Shown here one piece after another: positions 12,432-22,716 of a stretch of DNA of 64,000 nt. Source of the DNA: Nannocystis bainbridge (GTDB lineage Bacteria > Myxococcota_A > Polyangia > Nannocystales > Nannocystaceae); contig NZ_JAQNDL010000005.1 of NCBI RefSeq assembly GCF_028368995.1, positions 352,001 through 416,000 on the forward strand. The letters are read 5' to 3'. Below the pieces are notes generated by a model. It was not told the origin of the DNA. It searched no databases and worked only from the letters and a program-made list of their open reading frames with translations. How positions within the stretch are numbered: position 1 is the stretch's first letter; each line of letters begins with the position of its first letter. A program made the position numbers and the translations under genes.

Positions 12432-12613
12432 CCGCCGCGAGCCTACCGCGGAGCGCCGGCCACCGCGAGCGTCCAGATCGCCGGGTCACGCAGGCCCTGC
12501 AGCGTTGCGCAAACGAGTCGCCGCTCGACCCTCGCCAGGCCCCTCAAACCGGCCCTGCGAAGCCTCCTGCGGGTGGTACGGGCCTTGCTAACTCGAGCGG
12601 CGAGGATCTTCGA

Positions 12614-12751
12614 ATGACCACCACCTTCGCCTTCATCGCAGCCTTCCCCGGTCTCTTGCAGAACATGCTCGGCTGGCTCTGCGGCGCGCTCGTCATCCTC
12701 GGCCTGTTCCTCTTCAACCGCAGCCGCATGCGCGAGCCTTCGCACGAGTGA
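12614..12751 (+). CDS. 45-aa single-pass membrane peptide (not in ORF track)
   Basis: GAGGA RBS at 12602-12606; MTTTFAFIAAFPGLLQNMLGWLCGALVILGLFLFNRSRMREPSHE; GC-rich third positions. Confidence 0.55.
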   Translation: MTTTFAFIAAFPGLLQNMLGWLCGALVILGLFLFNRSRMREPSHE

Positions 12752-12771
12752 TGCGGCCGAGCCCGGTGCGG

Positions 12772-12862
12772 ACGCAGCATCTGCACCGCCGCGCAGGGCG
12801 TTCGCCCGCGCCAGCGAGCCCGGCGGGGAATCGCAGCGAGAACCGCTGGCACGCGGATTGCT
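12772..12862 (+). promoter_or_regulatory. sigma54 promoter with tandem enhancer sites
   Basis: TGGCAC-GCGGA-TTGCT at 12847-12862 (perfect -24/-12); ACGCA-N5-TGCAC at 12772 and a second degenerate site at 12791. Confidence 0.75.
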
Positions 12863-12875
12863 GCTATGACGGCGC

Positions 12876-13361
12876 ATGCACGTCGCCCTCCGCTGTCTCT
12901 TCACCTCGCTCCTGTTCGCCGCCGCCTGCGACGCGCCGCCGCCCGCGCCGCGCGTCGAGACCCGCAACGCCAACCCGAGCGGCGACCGCCAGGGCCTCTC
13001 GGGCTGCCTCGACGATTGCAGCGCGCAGAAGCTGAGCGGCACCGACGCGGCGACCTGTCGCAACAATTGCGAGGCCTCGTTCAGGGTCGCCCCCACCGCC
13101 GCCGGCGCGCCCGCGCTCGACACAACGGTCAAGTGCCTCGACCGCTGCCACCGGCAAGCGCCGAAGGACGCCGCCTGCGCCGACGCCTGCAAGGGGTCGG
13201 CGCAATCGCTGGAGTCGGAGTTCCCCGGCGCGCTGGGCCGCCTCGGCGCCTGCGTCGACGCCTGCCACGCCGATCGCAGCCTGGCCGACACCGACCGCTA
13301 CACGTGCGTCAACAACTGCGCGCAGACGGCGAAGATCGCCGACAAGCCGGCCGCGCAGTGA
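12876..13361 (+). CDS. Cys-rich lipoprotein with six CxxxC motifs
   Basis: lipobox-like LFAAAC; CLDDC, CRNNC, CLDRC, CADAC, CVDAC, CVNNC. Confidence 0.75.
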   Translation: MHVALRCLFTSLLFAAACDAPPPAPRVETRNANPSGDRQGLSGCLDDCSAQKLSGTDAATCRNNCEASFRVAPTAAGAPALDTTVKCLDRCHRQAPKDAACADACKGSAQSLESEFPGALGRLGACVDACHADRSLADTDRYTCVNNCAQTAKIADKPAAQ

Positions 13362-13401
13362 CGCGGCCCTGCGCGCTGCGGTGAGGCACCGCAGCCGCGC
13401 T

Positions 13402-14759
<1,358 letters not shown>

Positions 14760-14763
<4 letters not shown>

Positions 14764-16472
14764 CCGTGGTTCTCCATACGCGAGCGGATCGCACTGTCGG
14801 GCGGGCCGTCGAGCGGCAGCACGATGCGGAAGACCGTGCACCCGCGCTTGCTCTCGACGTCGAGGGTGCCACCGTGATCGGTGACGATGCGATACGAGAT
14901 CGACAGACCGAGCCCGGTGCCCTGCGCCTTGGTCGAGAAGAACGCGTCGAAGATCGGCGCGTCGTCGGGGATCCCGGGGCCGTCGTCCTCGATCTCGAAC
15001 GACACCGTCTGCGGCTGCCTGCGCGCCCGCAGGACCACGCGTCCGGCCCGGCCCTCGCCGCTGACCGCCTCGACCGCGTTCTGCGTCAGGTTGAGCAGCA
15101 CCTGCTCGAGCTTGGCCCCGTCGGCCTCGAGCTCGAGCGCCTGCGGCGGCACGTCGAGCTCCACCGCGACCCCGTGCTGATGCGCCTGCGCGGCCACCAT
15201 CTGGGCCGCGCGCTCGAGCAGCGTCTGCGCCATTACGCGCTTGACCAGCAGCGGCTTCGGCCGCGCGAACGCCAGGAACTCGGTGACCAGGCTGCCGAGG
15301 CGCTTGATCTCGTCGGCGACCACGCCGACGGTCTCGATCAGCTCGGGGTGCGCGCCGGACCGCTTCAGCGAGCGGTCGAGGTAGGTGACGTGCAGCTGCG
15401 CCCCGTTGAGCGGGTTGCGGATCTCGTGGGCCAGGCCGGCCGCGAGGGTGCCGATCGCCGCCAGCTTCTCCTGCTGCTTGGTGCGGGCCAGCAGCGCCTT
15501 CTCGTGGGTGGTGTCGCGGCCGATGGCGAACACGCACACGTCGTCGCCGCTCGACGGCGCGTGCGTCAGCTGCCACAGCACGCTGCGCCGCTGCCCCGAG
15601 CGGGTGCTGATCGCGGTCTCGATCGCCCGGCTCACCACCTCGCGCTCGCCCGCCGTCGCCGCGAAGCCGCCCAGGACCTCGCGCAGCGCCGCGCCCTCGC
15701 CGGTCTCGTCGATCGCCAGGCACTCGAGCAGCGGGCGCCCGATCACCTCGTCGCGCGCGAACCCGGTGACCCGCTCGGCCTCCTGATTGAACAGCAGGAT
15801 CGCCCCGCGCGCGTCGAGGCCGACGATGACCACGTGGGCCAGCTCGACCGCGTTGACGTAGCGGTGCTCCGTGCGCGCCAGCGAGGCGTCGAGCGCCTTG
15901 CGCTCGAGCCGCTCGACCTGCTGGATGCGGGCGACGAAGTTGTCGCGGTAGCTCTCGAGCATGATCGCCAGCTCGAGGTCGAGCAGGCGCGACACGGCGT
16001 CCATCACGTGCAGCCCCGCCGGCCCCTCGGCCTCGGCGATGCGCTGCAGCGACGAGCGGATGAGCGCCATCGCCGTGAACATGTAGCGCTGCGGCAGCCC
16101 GACCTTGACGTGCACCCGGCCGATCTTGGCCGTGTCTTCGAAGTACGCCTCGTCGTAGCGGCCGCCGAACAGCCGCTCCATCCACAGCACCAGCGACCGC
16201 TGCAGCCGCGCGATCTGGGCCTCGCCGGTGAACACCGCGTGCGCCTCGTCGTGCAGGCGGATCCGGTCGTAGAACTCCTGGGCGATGCGAGCGAAGTGCG
16301 GCGCCGCGACGTCACGGAAGCCCCGCAGCAGCGCCGCGTCCTCGGCCGCGAACGCGACGTAGCGCTTCAGCTCCTCGAAGCGGGTCTCGGCGGCAGGCGG
16401 GTCCCGTGCTGGAAGACCATGGTTCGACAGGGAAGACCGTCGCTCTCGCTGGGTGCGCGTGAAAATTACCAT
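14760..16472 (-). CDS. globin-coupled (protoglobin)-PAS sensor histidine kinase
   Basis: FYDRI...[14 protein letters not shown] globin-sensor motif; PAS; [10 protein letters not shown]-box; [10 protein letters not shown]; DDGPGI; GTGLGL; start uncertain. Confidence 0.88.
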
Positions 16473-16518
16473 CTCGACCTGCGCGCCAACAAGGGCCCGG
16501 AAGGCCGCGGACTCGGCC

Positions 16519-16947
16519 TCACGCCGCGGCCTCCAGCAGCCGCAGCAGCCCCGGGTAATCGATCGGCTTGGTCACGATCCGGCAGCCCGGCGCTGCCCCG
16601 AGCGCGAGCCGCTCGGCCACCTGCGGGTGCGCCGTCACCAGCACCAGGCGCAGCGCCGGATGGCGCGCGTGGATCCGCCGCAGCGTCTCGACCTCGCCCG
16701 CGCGCGCCGGCGAGACGTCCATCACCAGCACGTCCGGCCGCGGCCCGCGCTCGACGCAGGCCTCGGCCCCGGCGGCGTCGCCCGCGACCTCGACTTCGAA
16801 CCCGTCGACGCGCAGCAACTTGACCAGGACGGTCGCCGTCTTCGGCTCGCCGTCGACGATGAGGATCGACACCGGTCGCTCGGTCACCACGCCGAGAGGC
16901 ACGGGCTGCTGGATTGCGCATCGAAGCATGGTCGTGAGGGGTGGCAC
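16519..16947 (-). CDS. single-domain response regulator
   Basis: SILIVDGE, DVLVMD, LVLVT, TKPID; the true start may be 20-60 nt inside the ORF. Confidence 0.75.
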   Translation of the reverse strand: MPPLTTMLRCAIQQPVPLGVVTERPVSILIVDGEPKTATVLVKLLRVDGFEVEVAGDAAGAEACVERGPRPDVLVMDVSPARAGEVETLRRIHARHPALRLVLVTAHPQVAERLALGAAPGCRIVTKPIDYPGLLRLLEAAA

Positions 16948-17068
16948 GGGGAAAGTCGCGGCGTGGTCCGGAGGCTTCGAGCAAGCGTCATGCCATCGCT
17001 ATTCGGGCCGCTGACCGGGGGCTGCGACAGCTCTTTCCCCGCCGGCAGCGCGAGCGCCTTGCGCACCG

Positions 17069-17440
17069 GTGCAAGACCTGCACGTCGCGCCTCCCGGGCG
17101 TCGCCAGCGAGCGCCACGCCGCGCGTCGAGGGCTCTCGTAAGGTCAGCTTCACCGCCCTCACCGTCGCCCAGGATATTCGCGCTGGCGCCTTCGTCGCAC
17201 GCGCAACTCCTGCACCGAAGTGCACCGCCTGCACGCACGATCCGCCGTCGGCTCGCCGCGATCCACGATGATGCTCGATCCTCTCTCGCTGGCGCTCGCG
17301 AGCTCCGGCGACCGACAATCCCGGCCCTGCGCGTCCTCTCGAGGGGCTCCCGCAAGCCGTGCACCGCCACGCAATCGGTGCACCCCCTTGCGCGCGAACG
17401 TTGCGTGCTTCCCTGCCCCCGAATTGGCACGCCTGTTGCT
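17069..17440 (+). promoter_or_regulatory. sigma54 promoter plus five GCA-N5-TGCAC enhancer-like sites
   Basis: TGGCAC-GCCTG-TTGCT at 17425-17440; sites at 17069, 17201/17220 and 17350/17369 (19-bp paired spacing). Confidence 0.8.
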
Positions 17441-17524
17441 GAGGCCACCGGGCAGCACCACCGCGCTCGGCCGGCTCCGACTGTCGGCGCGCGTCTCGGT
17501 GAACCTGGCCTGGAGGACAGATCG

Positions 17525-18943
17525 ATGCCCAACCCGAACCCCGCCGCCCCCCGGATCCTCATCGTCGACGACGAGCCGAGCGCTCGCTCGGCGCTGACTG
17601 CCCTGCTGCGAGAGGAGGGGTACGAGGTCCAGAGCGCCGCCGACGGCTACAAGGCGCTCGGGCGGACCGACGAGTGGCGGCCCGACATCGTGCTCACCGA
17701 CGTCAAGATGCCCGCCCTCGGCGGCATCGAGCTGCTCGCCCGCCTGCGCGAGCGGCTGCCCGAGGTCGCGGTCGTCATCATGTCCGGCTTCGGCTCGGTC
17801 GAGGGCGCCGTCGAGGCCATGCAGCTCGGCGCCGACGACTACCTCAGCAAGCCGCTCGACCTCGACCAGGTGCTGCTCACCCTCCAGCGCATCGTCGCCG
17901 GCCGCGCCCTCGCCAGCGGGATCAAGGAGGCGCGCGCCGCCTGCGGGTCCGCCGACGCCGAGACCCTCGCCGACCTCGTCGGCCAGAGCCGGACCCACCG
18001 CGAGCTCGTCGAGCTCGCCGGTCAGGTCGCCGAGGCTCCCGTCTCGCTCCTCATCACCGGCGAGCGCGGCACCGGCAAGCAGCACATCGCCCACCTCATC
18101 CACCAGCTCAGCGGGCGCCCCGGCCGGCTCGTGCGCGTCGGCTGCAGCACCGCCGACGAGGCCACCCTCACCGAGGAGCTGTTTGGCGCCGAGAGCCGCG
18201 TGCTCGCGGCCCACCGCGGCACCCTCCTGCTCACCGACGTCGACGCGCTCCCGCCCGCGCTCCAGGCCCGGCTGCTCGGCCTCTTGCAAGATCGCTGCGT
18301 CACTCGCCTCGGCGGCGCCCGCCTCGAGATCGACGTCCGCGTCGTCGCCACCAGCCGCGACCTCGCCGGCGCCGTCGCCAGCGGCCGGTTCCGCCAGGAC
18401 CTCGCCGAGCGCCTCGCGGTCGTCGGCCTGCGCGTGCCGGCCCTGCGCGAGCGCCGGGACGACATCCCCCTGCTCGCCGCCCACTTCGTGCAACGCCACG
18501 CCCGCAGGCTCGGCAAGACGGTCACTGGTTGCGCCGAGCGGGTGCTGCAGATCCTGTTCGGCCTCGACTGGCCCGGCAACGCCCGTCAGCTCGAGACGTG
18601 CATCGAGCGCGCCGTGATCCTCGCCCGCGGCCGCGAGATCGAGCCGCGCGACCTGCCGCGCGAGTTCACGGCCGCGACCGCCGATCACCGCGGCGCGCCG
18701 GTCATCCCCGGCGCCAGCCTGTGGGACATCGAGCGCTACGCCATCCTGCAGACCCTCGAGCACACCGGCGGCAGCACCAGCAAGGCCGCCCGGATCCTCG
18801 GCATCTCCCCGCGCAAGATCCAGTACCGCCTCAACGAGTACGGCCTCGTCAAGCAGTCCGCCGTGGCCCACTGCGCCCCGCGAACGAGCGAGCCGCCCGC
18901 CACGGTCAGGCCGCAGCGCACGGGCTCCCTCGCCGACGCGTGA
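17525..18943 (+). CDS. atypical sigma54-activator-like response regulator lacking GAFTGA
   Basis: REC domain, GERGTGKQ, EELFGAESRVLAAHRGTLLLTDVD (GAFTGA loop deleted, Walker B degenerate), WPGNARQLE, Fis HTH. Confidence 0.88.
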   Translation: MPNPNPAAPRILIVDDEPSARSALTALLREEGYEVQSAADGYKALGRTDEWRPDIVLTDVKMPALGGIELLARLRERLPEVAVVIMSGFGSVEGAVEAMQLGADDYLSKPLDLDQVLLTLQRIVAGRALASGIKEARAACGSADAETLADLVGQSRTHRELVELAGQVAEAPVSLLITGERGTGKQHIAHLIHQLSGRPGRLVRVGCSTADEATLTEELFGAESRVLAAHRGTLLLTDVDALPPALQARLLGLLQDRCVTRLGGARLEIDVRVVATSRDLAGAVASGRFRQDLAERLAVVGLRVPALRERRDDIPLLAAHFVQRHARRLGKTVTGCAERVLQILFGLDWPGNARQLETCIERAVILARGREIEPRDLPREFTAATADHRGAPVIPGASLWDIERYAILQTLEHTGGSTSKAARILGISPRKIQYRLNEYGLVKQSAVAHCAPRTSEPPATVRPQRTGSLADA

Positions 18944-19019
18944 CGCGTTCACACCCCCGGGCGTCGGTGGCATGCATCGACCCGGGATCGTGGTGAAGAC
19001 AATCGTTCGGGCGGCCGCG

Positions 19020-19709
19020 TCAGGCGTCGCGGGGCTCGCCGGACGGACGACGGCGCTCGTGGGCCCGGGCGAGCGCCGCGACGAGCAGCGAAGCGACGAG
19101 CAGCCCGGCGAGGATCGGCCACGCATCGGTCTGAAACCGCCCCGACGCGTCGAACATCTCGCTGCCGAGGTAGCTCACGAGCAGCAGCGGCGGCACATAG
19201 CCGATGAGCGAGCCCCAGAAATGAGTCCAGAACCCGACCCGCGACACGCCGAGGAAGGCGTGCAGCACCTGCGGCATCCAGAAGATCAGGCGCAGGACGA
19301 CGACGGTCCGGAACGCGGCGTGATCGAGCGATTCGTCGTACTTGCGGAGCCGGGCCGGAATGCGCTTCGAGACCCAATCCTTCGCCACGAAGCGCGCGAA
19401 CGAGAAGCCGACCACGCTCGCACCCATCGTCCCGATCATCGACAGCGCGAAGGCCGTCCGCCACGGCCAGATCAGCGGCGCCGCGACGATGAAGATCGTC
19501 CCCGGGACGCCGAACGGCTGCAGCACCGTGTACGCCAGGATGAACGCGAGGTAGCCCCACGCCCCCATCGCCACGAGCCCCTCGGCCAAGATCTTCGGCT
19601 CGGCGAGCCGCTCGAACACCCCGAAGCAATAGGCGCCCGCGAGCGTGAGGAGCACCAGGACGACGACGCTGAGCCTGGCGCCACGCCGCGCGCGAATCGT
19701 CGGGCTCAT
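19020..19709 (-). CDS. TVP38/TMEM64 (VTT/DedA-like) membrane protein
   Basis: GAWGYLAFILAY...PFGVPG...VVVLRL...LGVSRVGFWTHFWGSLIG. Confidence 0.85.
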   Translation of the reverse strand: MSPTIRARRGARLSVVVLVLLTLAGAYCFGVFERLAEPKILAEGLVAMGAWGYLAFILAYTVLQPFGVPGTIFIVAAPLIWPWRTAFALSMIGTMGASVVGFSFARFVAKDWVSKRIPARLRKYDESLDHAAFRTVVVLRLIFWMPQVLHAFLGVSRVGFWTHFWGSLIGYVPPLLLVSYLGSEMFDASGRFQTDAWPILAGLLVASLLVAALARAHERRRPSGEPRDA

Positions 19710-20368
19710 GCCGCGACCCTGTTGATGTCGGCCATCTCGAGGATGAACCGATCGGCCCGCCCCTCGACGACCCGAAGCATCGCACGGCCGAGGATCTCGG
19801 AGGTGGTGAACAGGCTCGGGAACCTCCGCGTGAGCCACGGGAGCAGCGGGAGCACCGGCTTCAACACCACGAGCCCGGCCTGATAGAGGCGCGTGCGGCT
19901 GCGGATGCCGGGACCGGGCCGGATGAAGCCGGGGCGCACCGCGCCGGCGTGGCGAAACGGCATCGACTTCAGCGCCCCCTCCACGCGCTGGCGAACCCTC
20001 GCCCACATCGAACGGCCGCCGGCGCCCGCTGCCGAGCAGTAGCAGAAGGAGAACTCCGGGTTCAGCCGGACCAGCGCGCGCGCCCACAGCAGCGTCAGCT
20101 CCTCGGTCACTCTGGCGTAGGCCGCCTCGTCGAGGCCCACGGAGCTGACGCCGACGGCCCAGATGCAGGCGTCGTAACCGACGAGCTGCTCTTCGACGGC
20201 GCCGATGTCGAAGAGATCGGGCAGCAGGAGCTCGCGCAGCTTCGGGTGCTCGACGCCGCACGTACGCCGCCCGATGCTGAACACCGCCTCGACCTCGGGG
20301 GCCGCGAGCGCTTCGCGCAGCGCGCCTGCCCCGACCATGCCGTTCGCGCCGAAAATCACGAGTCTCAT
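19706..20368 (-). CDS. atypical SDR / NAD-binding epimerase-like protein
   Basis: MRLVIFGANGMVG Rossmann motif; YDACIWAVGVSS; VRPGFI. Confidence 0.85.
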   Translation of the reverse strand: MRLVIFGANGMVGAGALREALAAPEVEAVFSIGRRTCGVEHPKLRELLLPDLFDIGAVEEQLVGYDACIWAVGVSSVGLDEAAYARVTEELTLLWARALVRLNPEFSFCYCSAAGAGGRSMWARVRQRVEGALKSMPFRHAGAVRPGFIRPGPGIRSRTRLYQAGLVVLKPVLPLLPWLTRRFPSLFTTSEILGRAMLRVVEGRADRFILEMADINRVAA

Positions 20369-20482
20369 CCCATGCACCTCTTCATTCCGTGGATCCGCAC
20401 GATCATCCGCGCTGGCATGATTGTGCCGTCCGAGCTCAGCGAGCGAGCGCCTCGCACAGCAGCCGAGCCGCATCCTGGTCGT

Positions 20483-21049
20483 TCACGGTCGGCGCCCCTT
20501 CGAAATCGCTGGTCTTACGAATCGCTCGGCGAGGACCTGGAGCCGCCGTTCGAGCACCGCGCTCGTCGGCATATCGGCGAGCAGACCGTCGAGCGCGAGC
20601 AGGAAGACCTCGGCCTGCTCCTCGTCCCCCAGGATGGTCGACACGCAATCCAGCGCGACCCTGTGGTGCTCCGCGTCGGTCGCGGGGTCCAGTCGCTCGC
20701 AGACTTCGAGGAACTCGCTCCCCATCGGCGTCCCGACCATGTCGGACCACGGCTCCAGCACCATCACCCTGCACACCGCGAGCAAGCGCTCGTATCGGCT
20801 GCCTCGCGCGCCCGTCGCCTGCTTCGCCGCGGGGTGCAGCGAGACCAGCCAGTCGACGAACACGGCCCTGTAGATGTCTTCCTTGTTTTTGAAGATCCGG
20901 TAGAGCAGCGTGCGCGAGAGGTTCGCCCGCTTGGCGATGTCCTCGAGCGAGGTCTTGGCGAAGCCGAAGTTGAGGAAGCACCACCGCGCGGCGAGCAGGA
21001 CCCTGGCGCGGCGCGCAGCCGCCTCGTCCTCGTTCATGGTCGCGCTCAC
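20483..21049 (-). CDS. TetR-family regulator
   Basis: FLNFGFAKTSLEDIAKRANLSRTLLYRIFKNKEDI HTH. Confidence 0.92.
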   Translation of the reverse strand: MSATMNEDEAAARRARVLLAARWCFLNFGFAKTSLEDIAKRANLSRTLLYRIFKNKEDIYRAVFVDWLVSLHPAAKQATGARGSRYERLLAVCRVMVLEPWSDMVGTPMGSEFLEVCERLDPATDAEHHRVALDCVSTILGDEEQAEVFLLALDGLLADMPTSAVLERRLQVLAERFVRPAISKGRRP

Positions 21050-21058
21050 GCGAACACT

Positions 21059-21084
21059 TTGACAATCGGAGCAATATTTGTCAA
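21059..21084. promoter_or_regulatory. probable TetR autoregulatory operator / promoter
   Basis: TTGACAA-N12-TTGTCAA immediately upstream of the tetR start. Confidence 0.65.
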
Positions 21085-21184
21085 CTCGTCACCGAGCGAG
21101 AGCCGCCCGACCCGGGCACCGCGCCTCTGGGCGGCGATTTCGCGCCCGCGCAGCGATTCGCAGCACCGCGCGAACGATGAGCCT

Positions 21185-21299
21185 GCGCGAGGCTTGCGTG
21201 CCCCGTGCACCGCTTGCGCCTCGCCGCCGGCGACAGCTCCGTACCCCGCCGAAAATCGCCAGCGATCCTCACTCCGCGCCGCGCGGTGCGACGGTTGCA
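21185..21299 (+). promoter_or_regulatory. putative sigma54 promoter and enhancer of the USP gene
   Basis: CGGTGC-GACGG-TTGCA at 21284-21299 keeps GG-N10-GC; GTGCA-N5-TGCGC at 21205 with a degenerate partner at 21185. Confidence 0.5.
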
Positions 21300-21330
21300 A
21301 CCTCGCCATCGCCACAGGAGCAAGATTCGC

Positions 21331-22170
21331 ATGACCACAGCACGGCGATGGGTCCTCGGCCTCGATCTCGGCGCCTCCTCTCACGGGGCCGCGGCCTTCG
21401 TCCGCTGGCTGCACGAAGCCGGCGAACCGGTGACCAGCGTCCACGTGCTCGAGACCTGGATCCGCGGCTACTTGCGGAGCGACGACCACGAGCGGCTTCA
21501 GGCCGTGCTCGCCCGCACCGCCGCCGACATGGGCCTCGACGCCTCCGGCGACGTTGAGGTGGTCGAGGCCGCGCGCGCCGAGGTCGGCCTCGCGCGCGCT
21601 GCCGAGGGCGCCACCGGCCTCGTCCTCGGTCGCCCCGCGCCGCCCAAGGGCGCCTCTCTTTCACGACTCGGCCCCACCACGCGGCGACTCCTGCGAACCT
21701 TGCCCGCGCCCGTCATCGTCGTCCCGCCCGCCTGGCGCCCCGCCGATGCCGGCCCCGTGCTCGTCGCCACCGACCTCGAGGAGACCAGCGTCGGCGCCGT
21801 CGAGTTCGCCCAGCAATTCGCCGCCCGCCACCGCCGCCCGCTCGAGCTCGTGCACGTCGGCCAGACCCACCACCACGATTTCCTCGCCGCCCTCGAACCC
21901 CGCTGGCTCGCCGCGCGCGAGATCCACCACGCCGACGTCGCCGACGCCGTGCGCGAATGGGCCGTCGAACGCGACCTGCGAGGCACCCGCCACGTCGTCT
22001 ACGGCGAACCATCGCTGCAGATCGCCGCCCTCGCCCAGACCCGCGACGCCGCCCTCGTCGTCGTCGGTTCACGTCGCCTCGGCACGGTCGCCCGCGCATT
22101 CCTCAGCAGCACCGCCTCGGCGCTCGCAAGCTGCGCCACCTGCCCGGTCGCGGTGGTCCCGTCGCGCTGA
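21331..22170 (+). CDS. tandem universal stress protein
   Basis: WVLGLD...LGPTTRRLLRTLPAPVIVVP; VLVATD...LVVVGSRRLG...LSSTA...CPVAVVP; AGGAG RBS. Confidence 0.88.
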   Translation: MTTARRWVLGLDLGASSHGAAAFVRWLHEAGEPVTSVHVLETWIRGYLRSDDHERLQAVLARTAADMGLDASGDVEVVEAARAEVGLARAAEGATGLVLGRPAPPKGASLSRLGPTTRRLLRTLPAPVIVVPPAWRPADAGPVLVATDLEETSVGAVEFAQQFAARHRRPLELVHVGQTHHHDFLAALEPRWLAAREIHHADVADAVREWAVERDLRGTRHVVYGEPSLQIAALAQTRDAALVVVGSRRLGTVARAFLSSTASALASCATCPVAVVPSR

Positions 22171-22296
22171 ACGAACATCCGCCCTGCCAGCCACGAGGAC
22201 GGCGCTCGAGCACCACCCGGTGATCAAGCACGGCCTGCGAGCGGACCTCCGCGGCCCAGCGCGCAAGGTCCATCAAAGTGCTCTCGAGCTTGCGGC

Positions 22297-22705
22297 CTCC
22301 CCGTCTCCGCGTCGCGCAGGCGCTCATCATCAGCCGGCCCCAGCAGCAGCGCCTTGCCACCCACCCGCCGGTCGAACGCCCGCAGCATCCGCCCGCCGCC
22401 CGGCCAACTACGATCGGCCCCTCGCCCAGCTCGTCGAGGATCACCGGCTCGCTCGCCAGCCGGCTCGCCTCGTACGCCCTCGCCTGCCCGCCGACCGCGA
22501 TTACTGCCACCAGTGCCCGCGGCGGCAGCGGCGAATCGCTGGTGTCCACCACCGTCGAGAGCTTGTCGATGCCCGGCTCCCAGTCGCGCTCGTCGCTGTC
22601 CGAACGGCCAGGTTCTCCCAGTAACACCTGCCCCGCCGGAAAATCCATTTCAAACCGTGCGACCGTCAGCTCGTCGTCATGAACCTGCTCGAGCCTCACC
22701 CGCGC
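22297..22705 (-). pseudogene. frameshifted partial duplicate of the DUF3179 gene
   Basis: close nucleotide similarity to 25393-25803 (e.g. FPAGQVLLGEPGR...WEPGIDKL...AYEASRLASEPVILDELGE); frameshift near 22405; no 5' part. Confidence 0.8.
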
Positions 22706-22716
22706 GCGGCGGTGAA

